Assembly: GCA_028714015.1 (NCBI GenBank)
Contig: JAQTNG010000001.1
Location: forward strand, 1-60,443
Source: Elusimicrobiota bacterium
GTDB lineage: Bacteria; Elusimicrobiota; Elusimicrobia; UBA1565; UBA9628
Length of the DNA stretch: 60,443 nucleotides
Direction of reading: 5' to 3'
The notes under the pieces are model-generated. The model saw only the letters and a program-made list of their open reading frames with translations, had not been told where the DNA came from and made no database searches. The position numbers and the translations under genes are program-made. Positions 1 through 8,267 of the stretch are shown here, piece after piece; the stretch's first letter is position 1, and every line of letters starts with the position of its first letter.

Positions 1-48
1 CCCGCTGGGCATCTGGCCCACCAGCACGGCGCGCAGGACGGAGCTCAC
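1..48 (-). CDS. 5' fragment of a gene continuing beyond the left edge
   Basis: GTG at 48-46 overlaps the TGA stop (47-45) of the upstream gene (GTGA coupling). The frame stays open to nt 1 (VSSVLRAVLVGQMPSG..). Too short to type. Confidence 0.3.
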   Translation of the reverse strand, partial: MSSVLRAVLVGQMPSG

Positions 49-341
49 TTCTTGAGGCTCTCGGTCTCCGCCTTCTCGATCTTGACGTCGGTCAGCACCG
101 ACTTCTTGACCGCGATCTTGTTGTCCAGCTGGAACACGATCAGGTTGTTGTCGTCGTCGCGGACCTTGATGATGTCGACGCCGGCCTTCTTGGCCGCCTC
201 GATCATGTCCTCCTCGGCGTCCTTGGCTTTGGCCTGCGCGATGGCCGCGGCCTTCTTGGCGTTCAGAAAGTCTTGCGCCCGTTCCTGGGGCAACGTCAAC
301 GGCGGTATGACTCCCGGCATCGTCGTCTGTCGTCCGGCCAT
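45..341 (-). CDS. hypothetical protein, 98 aa, Lys/Ala/Asp-rich
   Basis: ATG 341 is preceded by a CAGGAGA Shine-Dalgarno. Composition is balanced, unlike the Arg/Pro/Gly-rich shadow ORFs in other frames. Confidence 0.7.
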   Translation of the reverse strand: MAGRQTTMPGVIPPLTLPQERAQDFLNAKKAAAIAQAKAKDAEEDMIEAAKKAGVDIIKVRDDDNNLIVFQLDNKIAVKKSVLTDVKIEKAETESLKK

Positions 342-400
342 GGGGTTGGTCTCCTGTTTTCGGTGTGCGCGGATTACAAAGTGTGAGATCGACTGGAGTG

Positions 401-538
401 CTACTGCGCGGGGACGATCGCGTCCTTGTGAAAGACGGCCTCGGCGTTGCCGAAACCGTCCTCGAGCTTCACGGTGATGACGCCTTCATCGCGGCGGATG
501 ACGCGCGCCTTGACCAGCACGTACTCGTCGTTTTCCAA
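401..538 (-). CDS. small hypothetical protein (45 aa)
   Basis: Track ORF 401..586 begins inside promoter P1. TTG at 538 lies 6 nt after AAGGAG (550-545) and downstream of the predicted TSS. Confidence 0.45.
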   Translation of the reverse strand: MENDEYVLVKARVIRRDEGVITVKLEDGFGNAEAVFHKDAIVPAQ

Positions 539-564
539 GAGGTTCTCCTTGCGGCTCCGTGGTG

Positions 565-593
565 ATCTTATCAGGCTACATGTCATATGTCAA
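565..593 (-). promoter_or_regulatory. sigma70-type promoter P1 (TTGACA-17 nt-TAAGAT)
   Basis: Minus-strand TTGACA at 593-588 and TAAGAT at 570-565. The spacer starts TATGACATGT, a half copy of the shared operator-like motif. Confidence 0.6.
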
Positions 594-599
594 CAACAT

Positions 600-1553
600 T
601 TACAGCACGATCTGGGCATCCCGCGATATGCGGCGATCCGCGATCACTTTGTAGTCCGGGTTCAGCTCGCAGCCGAGGTAGGATCGCCCGTTATTGGCCG
701 CCACGAGACCCGTGGTCCCGGCGCCCATGAACGGGTCCAGCACCAGGCCGCCGCGCGGAGAGCCAGCCAGGACGCAGGGCGTGATCAACGCGGGCGGGAA
801 CGTGGCGAAGTGTGCCTCTCGGAACTGCGGCTTCGCTACGGTCCAGACGGACCGCTTGTTCCGGCGGCCGTCCTCGATCCGTGGCGCCGTGCTGGATCGA
901 CCCTGCTGGTGCGTGGCGGTCTTGCCCTGGTCGAAGCGGCTGCCGCGCGCCCCGGTGACGGCGGTCTCTTTGATCGCGTGGTGATCATAGTAGTAGCGCT
1001 CGCTCTTGGCTAGCAGGAACACGTACTCGTGGGCCTTGGTCGGGCGATCCTCGACGCTCTCCGGGGTCGGGTTCGGCTTGTGCCAGATGATGTCCGCACG
1101 CAGATACCAGCCGTCGGCGCGCAACGCCAGCGCGACCATCCATGGGATGCCGATCAGGTCCTTCTGTTTCAGTCCGGCCTGGCGTAGTAGACGTCCGCGC
1201 TCGATGCGACCACCGCGGGGCACGCTGCTCTGGGTCTTCGAGGAAATGCACGACGTCGTGCCGAATGATCCGGCCTTCTTGTGTTCGCTCATCGCCCCGA
1301 CGTAGCTGTCGCCGAGATTCAGCCAGAGCGTGCCGTCGTCGCGCAGCACGCGCCTGACCTCGCGGAACACCTCGACCATGGCCGCCACGTAGGCGTCCGG
1401 CGTAGACTCGAGGCCGAGCTGTCCGTAGACCTGGTAGTCACGCAGGCCGAAGTAGGGAGGCGACGTCACGCACGTCTGGACAAATCCGTCGGGCCACGAC
1501 CGCATGGTCTCCCGGTTGTCGCCGAGGTAGATCGTGTTCAGTTCCGGCATCAT
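600..1553 (-). CDS. DNA methyltransferase, N6A/N4C type (N6_N4_Mtase-like), 317 aa
   Basis: Motif IV TSPPYFGL and, near the C-terminus, motif I LDPFMGAGTTG. ATGATG at 1553 overlaps the upstream stop (ATGA). The 86-aa N-terminal extension in the track ORF is Arg/Gly/Pro shadow sequence. Confidence 0.9.
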   Translation of the reverse strand: MMPELNTIYLGDNRETMRSWPDGFVQTCVTSPPYFGLRDYQVYGQLGLESTPDAYVAAMVEVFREVRRVLRDDGTLWLNLGDSYVGAMSEHKKAGSFGTTSCISSKTQSSVPRGGRIERGRLLRQAGLKQKDLIGIPWMVALALRADGWYLRADIIWHKPNPTPESVEDRPTKAHEYVFLLAKSERYYYDHHAIKETAVTGARGSRFDQGKTATHQQGRSSTAPRIEDGRRNKRSVWTVAKPQFREAHFATFPPALITPCVLAGSPRGGLVLDPFMGAGTTGLVAANNGRSYLGCELNPDYKVIADRRISRDAQIVL

Positions 1554-2236
1554 ACTGCGCTCCAGACGGCCGGGGCCACCGGCCGGAAGTAGACCTGCAG
1601 CGCGCGCCGGATCTGCGCCTGCCAGTTGTGGCCGCGGGCCTTGGCCTCGCGGACCTTGGCCGTGCCTTCGGCCGCCGCGTAGATGTCGCGCAGACGCAGC
1701 TCTCGGCCCGCCATGGCAGCGTCCAGCGCTTCGCGCCAGGTCCCGATGGGTTTTCCGTCGAGCGTCAAGAACGTCGGGCGCGTCCAGTGGAAATGTCCGG
1801 GCAGTTCGCATCCAAGTAGTCTTCGCGCGGCGACCTCACCGTAGCCCACCAGGACCGATGGCGCTCCACCGTTGAAGCGCCCGCGCGATCCGTCGGCGTG
1901 GTAGAAGTAAAGATGGCCGCTCGTCAGAAACATGACGAGCGCGTCCAGCTCCCAGATCGTGCGCCGAAACCACGGCGCGTCTGTCCTGGCGAACAGCAGA
2001 GCAACTCCCGCGCCGTGATCCGCGAGGCGCGCGGTCCAGGGCTCCGGGGTGGGTTTGTACGGCGGGTTCAGCCAAACGAGTCCATGCCATGGGCGTGCCA
2101 GCCCGTCGCCCTCATCGTGCGTGTAATGCTTGCGCGCCGTGGGCCACGGGCGCGGATCTGGAGCCGCGCAGGGGTCCAGATCGAAAGGTCCTACAGCGCG
2201 CACTATCTCGGGAGGTGAGAGCCACACGTTCGTCAT
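1550..2236 (-). CDS. phage Dam-type N6-adenine DNA methyltransferase-like protein, 228 aa
   Basis: FDLDPCA and VWLNPPY motifs. ATG 2236 overlaps the upstream TGA (ATGA). Confidence 0.8.
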   Translation of the reverse strand: MTNVWLSPPEIVRAVGPFDLDPCAAPDPRPWPTARKHYTHDEGDGLARPWHGLVWLNPPYKPTPEPWTARLADHGAGVALLFARTDAPWFRRTIWELDALVMFLTSGHLYFYHADGSRGRFNGGAPSVLVGYGEVAARRLLGCELPGHFHWTRPTFLTLDGKPIGTWREALDAAMAGRELRLRDIYAAAEGTAKVREAKARGHNWQAQIRRALQVYFRPVAPAVWSAV

Positions 2237-2460
2237 GAATCCCCCTGTAGGTCCTTGCGTTCCCAGCCCCACGGCCGCGACTCCACCGGCGCCGGGACGA
2301 CCTTGTCCTGCCAGCCTGGGCAGGCGCACTTGTGGTCGGGTTGTTCCGGGTCCCAGGCGTAGCACGGCCGGGCCGGATCCTGGTGATAGGCCCAGCAGTG
2401 GCCGCATGCGCCGCACTCGGCGTCCGGTCTGCGTTCCGGCGCCGGTGGCGTGTCGGTCAA
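2233..2460 (-). CDS. small Cys/His/Trp-rich protein (75 aa)
   Basis: TTG at 2460 overlaps the TGA of the upstream methyltransferase (TTGA), and its own TGA overlaps the next ATG. Sequence CGACGHCW..CYAW..KCACPGW. Confidence 0.45.
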   Translation of the reverse strand: MTDTPPAPERRPDAECGACGHCWAYHQDPARPCYAWDPEQPDHKCACPGWQDKVVPAPVESRPWGWERKDLQGDS

Positions 2461-3104
2461 AACAGCTTCCCCTGGGACGTTTCGAGCGCCAGCCGGGCGA
2501 GAATCTTCTCGTGGTAGGCCGGCGACATTTCGCAGCCCAAGTAGCGGCGGTTGCCCTGCGCGGCCGCCAGGAACGTCGTGCCCGAGCCGCCGAAGGGGTC
2601 GAACACGAGGTCGCCCTCGTTGGAGTACGTCGAGATCAGTTTCTTCGCGTACTCGATAGACTTCGGACACGGGTGCCAGTCGATGTGCCCGTCGGTCGGC
2701 TTGGCGTAGAAATGGTCGTGGGCGTTGCGGAAAATCTTCTCGCCCATGACGAACAGCATTTCCCAGTCGTTGAAGCCGACCGCGGCGCGATGCCCCGGCG
2801 AGCCCTTGTACCAGCACAGCGTCCACAGCGGCGGGTAGTTCTGGAACAGCCAGACGCGCCCCTGGTGGTTGCCGCCGGGGAAGATGATCGGCCCGCGCGA
2901 GATCCGCAGCCACTCCGGGATGCACGCGGCCATGAGCTTCTTCCAGCCCTCGAAGTTGTCGTCGTGCTGGTCGTAGCCGAAGTCGATGCCGTAGGGAGGA
3001 TCGGTACAGACGAAGTCCACGCACTTGTCGGGCAGCGTTTTCATGTAGGCGATGCAGTCGCCCAGATGCACGTAGTTATCGGGCGGCACGGTCGTGGTCG
3101 TCAT
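2457..3104 (-). CDS. DNA methyltransferase (DPPY type, N6_N4_Mtase-like), 215 aa
   Basis: FVCTDPPYGI (motif IV) and VFDPFGGSGTT (motif I). ATG 3104 overlaps the upstream stop. Confidence 0.9.
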   Translation of the reverse strand: MTTTTVPPDNYVHLGDCIAYMKTLPDKCVDFVCTDPPYGIDFGYDQHDDNFEGWKKLMAACIPEWLRISRGPIIFPGGNHQGRVWLFQNYPPLWTLCWYKGSPGHRAAVGFNDWEMLFVMGEKIFRNAHDHFYAKPTDGHIDWHPCPKSIEYAKKLISTYSNEGDLVFDPFGGSGTTFLAAAQGNRRYLGCEMSPAYHEKILARLALETSQGKLF

Positions 3105-3604
3105 CGGTAGTCCTCCAACGGCTGGGTGTAGCGGATGCGGAGCGGGTGCTTCGGCTGGCCCTCGTTCGTCAGGCCCAGGTGAACGAGGCGCGGCGGCCGC
3201 GGCTGCGCGCGCAGCAGCGCCACGACTGCGGCGGCGCGGTCCGGGTCCGCGTGGGCGCCCCAGGCCAGCAGGACGACGGGGCACGCCGCCACGCGCAGGA
3301 GGTGCCGTTCGTTGTCCGGGCCGATCGGATCCTGCGCGTCGCGCAGCCCGCGCGGGTCGGTGGAGATCCACGCGTAGAGGTTGACCACGGCCAGGCCGCC
3401 GTAGCCGAGTCCCTGCGCGCGCTTGATGAGCCGGATGATCGTCGGGTCGTTGTGCGATGCCCCGGCCTTGCTCGGGTTCAACATGACGGCGCCCAGGTGC
3501 TGCTTGCCGTGTTCCCACGTCCGCCACAGGAAATAGCGGTACTTGCCGCAAGCAGAGAAGTCGGCCCCGACTTCCCCGAACAGGTCCGGCGTCGTGGTGG
3601 TCAT
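3101..3604 (-). CDS. DUF1643-family protein, 167 aa
   Basis: CGKYRYFLWRTW, VMLNPSKA, DPTI and GYGGLAVVNLYAW resemble the DUF1643 signature. Confidence 0.75.
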   Translation of the reverse strand: MTTTTPDLFGEVGADFSACGKYRYFLWRTWEHGKQHLGAVMLNPSKAGASHNDPTIIRLIKRAQGLGYGGLAVVNLYAWISTDPRGLRDAQDPIGPDNERHLLRVAACPVVLLAWGAHADPDRAAAVVALLRAQPRPPRLVHLGLTNEGQPKHPLRIRYTQPLEDYR

Positions 3605-3882
3605 GCGGGCAGCGTCCAGACGGCGACCTTCGTCTTCTGCTGGGCGCCCTGGTGCGTGCTGAGGCGCTTGGACATGGTGGTGACGCGGCGGTGGCCCAGC
3701 AGCTCGGTCAGTGCGCTGCGGGCGTTGTTGAGCGTCAGCCCCGTGGCCTCGGCGACCTCGCCGGCCGTGAGGCCGCCCGGGTGCGCGCGCAGCGCCTCGA
3801 ACGCCTTCTCCTGACGGTTCTGCGACAACGGCAAGATGCGCTGGTAAGCCGCGTCCCGCGTCTGCTCCGTGATCGTTCTCAT
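3601..3882 (-). CDS. winged-helix (MarR-like) DNA-binding protein, 93 aa
   Basis: ATG 3882 follows an AAGGAGA SD. GLTAGEVAEATGLTLNNARSALTELL is a helix-turn-helix segment. Confidence 0.7.
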   Translation of the reverse strand: MRTITEQTRDAAYQRILPLSQNRQEKAFEALRAHPGGLTAGEVAEATGLTLNNARSALTELLGHRRVTTMSKRLSTHQGAQQKTKVAVWTLPA

Positions 3883-4014
3883 GGTCTCCTTGGTCCTACG
3901 CCGATGTGGGCGTCCCCGCTCACTTGAGGCCGTCGGCCCGGCCACCTCGGGCTCGATGGGGAAATTCCCGAGGCACTCCTTCGGCTGGCCGCTTTTGGCG
4001 GCTGCTTCCAGAAC

Positions 4015-5505
4015 TTAGGCAGCCACTCCCGACGTGATTTCGTAGAGGTGCGCCAGAATTTTCACCATGGCCAACGTGTCCGTGCCGCAGTACTCCTTGA
4101 GGTCCTGTTTGATCTTCGCGCGCTCCTCCGGCGTCAGGTCCGCGGTCATGAGCTTTGCGTAGGCGTTCATCGCCTCCGCGCCGTTCTGGATCGCCAGCGT
4201 CTTGTAGCTCAGATCCGGCACCAGCACGGGCATGACGTACTTGATCGAATACTTGCCCAGGAAGCTGGGGTGCGCGTACCACGCCTTCTTGAACGGTTCG
4301 TCGAGGTCCCACAGCCGCGCCTCCATCCCGAGCAGTTGCTCGGCCGCCTCCGGGATGTGGGAGGCGAGGCCCTTCAGCACGCCCCCCTCGTAGCTCTTGT
4401 AGTAGGCGATGACGGAGCCGCGCGCCCGGATGCGGTCGCGCAGGAAGTCCGCCAGCTCGCGCCTCGGGTCTTTGCGCCCGTCGCCGATGAACTCGTAGTG
4501 GTCGATCGGGGCGCCGGGCTCCTTCTGGTAGTGGACGGACGCCTGCGTCGGGATCGCCTGGTACGGCCTCGTGCCGTCGTAGGGCGGCACGGGAGGGTTG
4601 ACCGCCTCGAAGTCCAGGTGGTGCAGCGGGTAGACGAGCGTGGCCAGGTAGGCGCGGATGGCCGCGAGGTCTATGTGCGGATGCCCGGACCGCGCCACGG
4701 CGCGCTGGGCCTGCTGGTACTCGGTCAACTTCTCCCCGTCCGGGATGTCCGCGACCGTCTTGTGCCCGGCCTGCCAGAGCTTCGTGGTCTTGTCCTTGCG
4801 CGCGCCGGCCAGGTTGAAGACCGAGTACGCCGGGACGTGGGCCCAGCAGTGGCCCTGGAACGAGCAGTCCTGCGGCTTCGTGCAGTGCGGGCCGATGTCT
4901 CGCACGGGCGCCGCGGGCGCGGCGATCTCGGCCTTCATGCGCGCCAGCTGGGTCGGGATCAGGTCGAGCAGCCCGTTGGTGGCGGCGGTGACGTCCATGG
5001 CCTTGAACAGTTTCGTCAGGTCGAGCGCGCCGTACCGCACGTAGCTGGAGTCCAGGTGGACGAGGCGCGCGTGCGCCAGCTGATAGCCCGCCCCTTCGAT
5101 GACGTGCCGCTGGATGGCGACGTCTGTGTAGTGCGAGTCCTCGAGCTTGGTCGTGCTCTTGACCTCGTAGAGATCCCACGTCCCGTCGCCGTTCTTGCGC
5201 ATGAGGTCGGCACGGACCAGCACGTCGTCGTAGAGGAACGCCGCCTCGTAGAGTATGCGCGCGCCGCCCGCGAGCGCGGCCTGGGTCTGGGCCAGGGCCT
5301 CGTCCGGGTGCAGGTGGTCGGCTTCGATGAGGCTGCCGCCGCCGAGCCACTTCCGGGCCAGCACGCCGACTTCGGTCCCGGCGTCGAAGATGGCCTGCTG
5401 TTCGGGCGACACGGGATCCTGCAGCTCCGGCTGCTCACGGTACAGCCAGAGGGACTTGCCGCACTGCAGCCCACGTTGAAACTGCGACTTCGACAGATAT
5501 CTCAT
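4015..5505 (-). CDS. DUF2779-type two-domain nuclease (Cas4-like PD-(D/E)XK N-domain plus DEDD-like exonuclease C-domain), 496 aa
   Basis: N-terminus YLSKSQFQRGLQCGKSLW; RADL..DLYEVKS; Cys cluster CTKPQDCSFQGHC; C-domain HHLDFEAV and PYQAIPTQASVHY. Confidence 0.8.
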   Translation of the reverse strand: MRYLSKSQFQRGLQCGKSLWLYREQPELQDPVSPEQQAIFDAGTEVGVLARKWLGGGSLIEADHLHPDEALAQTQAALAGGARILYEAAFLYDDVLVRADLMRKNGDGTWDLYEVKSTTKLEDSHYTDVAIQRHVIEGAGYQLAHARLVHLDSSYVRYGALDLTKLFKAMDVTAATNGLLDLIPTQLARMKAEIAAPAAPVRDIGPHCTKPQDCSFQGHCWAHVPAYSVFNLAGARKDKTTKLWQAGHKTVADIPDGEKLTEYQQAQRAVARSGHPHIDLAAIRAYLATLVYPLHHLDFEAVNPPVPPYDGTRPYQAIPTQASVHYQKEPGAPIDHYEFIGDGRKDPRRELADFLRDRIRARGSVIAYYKSYEGGVLKGLASHIPEAAEQLLGMEARLWDLDEPFKKAWYAHPSFLGKYSIKYVMPVLVPDLSYKTLAIQNGAEAMNAYAKLMTADLTPEERAKIKQDLKEYCGTDTLAMVKILAHLYEITSGVAA

Positions 5506-5515
5506 CGGTTATCTC

Positions 5516-5902
5516 CTATTCCCACGGCATTTTCGGGATCTCTTCCGCGGGAGGCGGGGGCGCCTCCGCGGCAGGGGACGGCAGCACCGGCGGATGCTTC
5601 GGGTCCAGCAGCTTGACGACGTCCCCCCACTTCGTCTCGCCTGCGGTCTTGCCGTCCTTCTTCAGCTCCATCAGGTCGTAGTAGCCGAGGCCGTCCTTCG
5701 GCAAAGTCTTGGACCCGTCGAGCTTGTTCGGGTAGTACCGCCCCGATCGCAGCGTCACGCCGAACAGCGTGTTGTCCGGCTTGACGCGGGCGACGACCCA
5801 CAGGCCGTAGCCTTCTCCGGGCCGCTCCACGCCGTTCTTCGGCTTGGCGGGAGTCTCCCGCAGAGTCAGCAGTACGACGTCGCGCCATTCTCCATCGGCC
5901 AT
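5516..5902 (-). CDS. hypothetical protein, 128 aa (weak PC4/YdbC-like ssDNA-binder resemblance)
   Basis: Clean ORF. The segment VTLRSGRYYPNKLDGSKTLPKDGLGY is only vaguely PC4-like. Pro-rich tail. Confidence 0.65.
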   Translation of the reverse strand: MADGEWRDVVLLTLRETPAKPKNGVERPGEGYGLWVVARVKPDNTLFGVTLRSGRYYPNKLDGSKTLPKDGLGYYDLMELKKDGKTAGETKWGDVVKLLDPKHPPVLPSPAAEAPPPPAEEIPKMPWE

Positions 5903-5905
5903 GAT

Positions 5906-6274
5906 CTACGCCTCCTTCGCCTTGATGCGGAGCGTGTCGGCGGTGCGCTGCGCGGTCTTGCCGATGTTGTTCATGCTGCTGCGCTCGCCCTGATAGCGGA
6001 ATGTGTCGAGCACGGCCGCGATGTCGAGGTACGGCTTCGTGTCCATGTAGGCGACGAAGGTGCGGCCGTAGGTCTTCGTCCACCATTCGTCTACGCCGCC
6101 GAGCAAGAAGATCGGCAGGCCTTCGTGACCGTCCTTGTCACGCAGCCCGTAGTTCCCGCGCCCGAGTAAGAGCCCGGCGGCGGCCAGCGACTCTCCCTCC
6201 CCAGTGATGTAGCACTCGTCCGACGGGTTGATGATCTCCCACTCCCGCTTCACGATCTTGTCCAGGGCGCTCAT
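5906..6274 (-). CDS. hypothetical protein, 122 aa
   Basis: ATG 6274 overlaps the upstream TGA (ATGA). The upstream part of track ORF 5906..6520 is Arg-rich shadow sequence. Confidence 0.7.
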   Translation of the reverse strand: MSALDKIVKREWEIINPSDECYITGEGESLAAAGLLLGRGNYGLRDKDGHEGLPIFLLGGVDEWWTKTYGRTFVAYMDTKPYLDIAAVLDTFRYQGERSSMNNIGKTAQRTADTLRIKAKEA

Positions 6275-7521
6275 CGGCGCCCCCCGACGCGGCGCTTCAG
6301 CTGCTCGTCCTGCTGCGGGTAGGCGCGGATGCCGGGGCACGAAAAGCGGTCCTTCTTGTCGGTCACGTCCTCGCCGATCATCGTCGGCCGGAAGTCCTGC
6401 GGGCGCTTGCGATTGTAGCCGATGTACTCGATCGGCACGATGCCGTCGAGGACGGCCTTGATGATGGCCATGACGGCGGCGATGTCGCCGAGCTCCGTGC
6501 CGTCGCTCTCGAGATCCCACTTCCAGCGCACGGTGCCAGTCGTGCCCGTGTCCTCCTTCTTGACGAGTCCCGTCGCGGCGGCGGCCGCCGCGGCGGCCGT
6601 GGCCGCCTGCGCGGCGCGGTCGGCCTCCTCGCGCTTGCGGAAGGCCTCCGCTTCGGCATCCTTGCGCTTGCGCTCGGCCTCCTCGGCCTCGGCGCGGTCC
6701 CGGGCGGCCTTCTCGTCGGCGACCTTCCGGGCGTTCTCCTGCTCGAGGCGGACGGACTCGAGGCTATCGGCCTGTTCGGCCTTGCCGAGGACCGGACCGA
6801 TTGGCGTCGCGCTCTCAAGGATGGTGTCCACCTTGGCGGCCCCGTTCCCCTCAGCCTCCGCGACTTCGGCGTGGGCGAGGCGCGATCGTTCCTCCTCGTC
6901 CAGCTTGCGCTTCGTCTCGGCCGCGGCGGCCTCCCGGGCTTCCCGATCCCGGCGTTCCTTGGCCTCGGCCTCGGCCGCGATCCGGCGCCGCTCGGCGGCT
7001 TCGGCCTCTTCCTTCCGGCGTTTCTCGTCCTCGGCCGCCTGCTGCGCGCGCCGCTCGGCCTCCTCGGCGTCCCGCTGGGCCTTTTCCGCGGCCTCGCGCT
7101 GACGCCGGGCCTCGGCCTCGGCACGCTCCCGCGCCAGCTTGGCCTCGCGCTCCTTGCGCGCTTTGTAATCCGCGACGTGTCCGAGCAGCGTCTTTTTGTT
7201 GGCGGCCAGCTTCTTGAGCCTCGGGTCGAACAGCTCGCGGACGGCCTCGCCGGGGCGATACCACGCTTCCATGTAGAACGTCTCGCGCCAGCCCTTGAGC
7301 AGGTCCTCGCCGTTGTCGCGCAGGGACTCAGCTTCCTTGACGGCCAGTTCCATCGTGGCGTCGTCGGTGATCCCGACGGCGAGCTTGGCCACCGTGCTGT
7401 CGGACCGCGCGATGATCCGGTCGATGCTGGGGCCGAGGTCGTTGCGGATGATGTCGATGTCGACGATCTCGGGGACGACGATGCGGGCGAGAGATTGATC
7501 GGCGGGCGGGTCGTTCTCCAT
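6271..7521 (-). CDS. coiled-coil protein with a Glu/Arg/Ala-rich centre, 416 aa
   Basis: First gene after promoter P2. Globular N- and C-terminal parts flank about 200 aa of EAERR-type low complexity, which also generates shadow ORFs on both strands. Confidence 0.8.
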   Translation of the reverse strand: MENDPPADQSLARIVVPEIVDIDIIRNDLGPSIDRIIARSDSTVAKLAVGITDDATMELAVKEAESLRDNGEDLLKGWRETFYMEAWYRPGEAVRELFDPRLKKLAANKKTLLGHVADYKARKEREAKLARERAEAEARRQREAAEKAQRDAEEAERRAQQAAEDEKRRKEEAEAAERRRIAAEAEAKERRDREAREAAAAETKRKLDEEERSRLAHAEVAEAEGNGAAKVDTILESATPIGPVLGKAEQADSLESVRLEQENARKVADEKAARDRAEAEEAERKRKDAEAEAFRKREEADRAAQAATAAAAAAAATGLVKKEDTGTTGTVRWKWDLESDGTELGDIAAVMAIIKAVLDGIVPIEYIGYNRKRPQDFRPTMIGEDVTDKKDRFSCPGIRAYPQQDEQLKRRVGGRR

Positions 7522-7551
7522 GTGTTCTCCTTGTGAAGTGGTTACGTCAAT

Positions 7552-7580
7552 ATAATGACATATGACATGTCATCTGTCAA
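7552..7580 (-). promoter_or_regulatory. promoter P2 (TTGACA-17 nt-CATTAT) with palindromic spacer
   Basis: TTGACA at 7580-7575, spacer GATGACATGTCATATGT, CATTAT at 7557-7552. The TGA stop of the exonuclease gene lies inside the -35 hexamer. Confidence 0.65.
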
Positions 7581-8215
7581 GACAGTATTTTCTTGACCGC
7601 GTAGACTTGACGATCGCGCGACGTCCCGAGGTAGCCCAGGAAGCGGTTCGCGTCGTGATGGTACTCGACGCCGTTGTACTCGACGAGCTTCGCGCGGGAG
7701 CCGTCCTGCTGGACCTCGATCGCGGCGCGCTTGCGCGGCTTGCCGTTCGCCGCGGGCCCCAGCAGCTGGTCGTAGGCGGCCAGCTTGAAGCGCACGACGC
7801 GCGACGCCTTGCCCGACTTCCAGTCGAGGACCCACTCGTAGCCGCGCCAGAGGACCACGAGGTCGATCGTTCCGGCGTAGCGGTAGAGGGGATGATAGCG
7901 GCGGACCTCGACGCCCAGGATCACGGCGCCGTCGGCCAGCAGGTAGGCGAGGTAGTCCATGCCGCTGCGGCACCAGCCGTGGAGATCCGGGTCGAGCAGG
8001 TCCCAGTCGAACGTCAGGCCGCGCGCGGTGCCCGCCAGGACGGCGTGGATCGCCACGCCGCGGCTGCTGTCGGTGTCGTCGTACCACTCGCCGGACTCGA
8101 AGCCGAGGTCCTCCATGACCTCGGACACGCCGAGCGGCCGAGTGCCGTCAATGTGGTACTGGTGGGCCTCGTCGCACGAGAGGCCAGGGGTGTCGGTATA
8201 AAGCATACGCTCCAA
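7577..8215 (-). CDS. PD-(D/E)XK family exonuclease, likely partner of RecT, 212 aa
   Basis: GTIDLVVLWRGYEWVLDWKSGK (D..D-x-K) motif. Lies immediately downstream of recT. Confidence 0.7.
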   Translation of the reverse strand: MERMLYTDTPGLSCDEAHQYHIDGTRPLGVSEVMEDLGFESGEWYDDTDSSRGVAIHAVLAGTARGLTFDWDLLDPDLHGWCRSGMDYLAYLLADGAVILGVEVRRYHPLYRYAGTIDLVVLWRGYEWVLDWKSGKASRVVRFKLAAYDQLLGPAANGKPRKRAAIEVQQDGSRAKLVEYNGVEYHHDANRFLGYLGTSRDRQVYAVKKILS

Positions 8216-8267
8216 GGTGGTCGAAGGCGCGCCGGGGTTCCACGCCCGGCGCGCCTGTCCTCGCCGT

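Noticed and set aside
3920-5350. Alternative-frame minus-strand ORFs such as 3920..5350, 8014..9285, 18724..20490, 21957..23831, 36513..37916 and 40915..42009.
   Set aside because: They are extremely Arg/Pro/Gly-rich. They overlap same-strand genes whose frames carry family motifs (DUF2779, RecT, fibre, scaffold, Nudix). I see no SD or coupling signals at their starts.
6378-7536. Multiple long ORFs on both strands over the 6.4-7.5 kb region.
   Set aside because: They are produced by the GAG/GCG/CGC-rich low-complexity DNA that encodes the Glu/Arg/Ala coiled coil of 6271..7521. Only that frame has globular flanking domains and a promoter plus start context.
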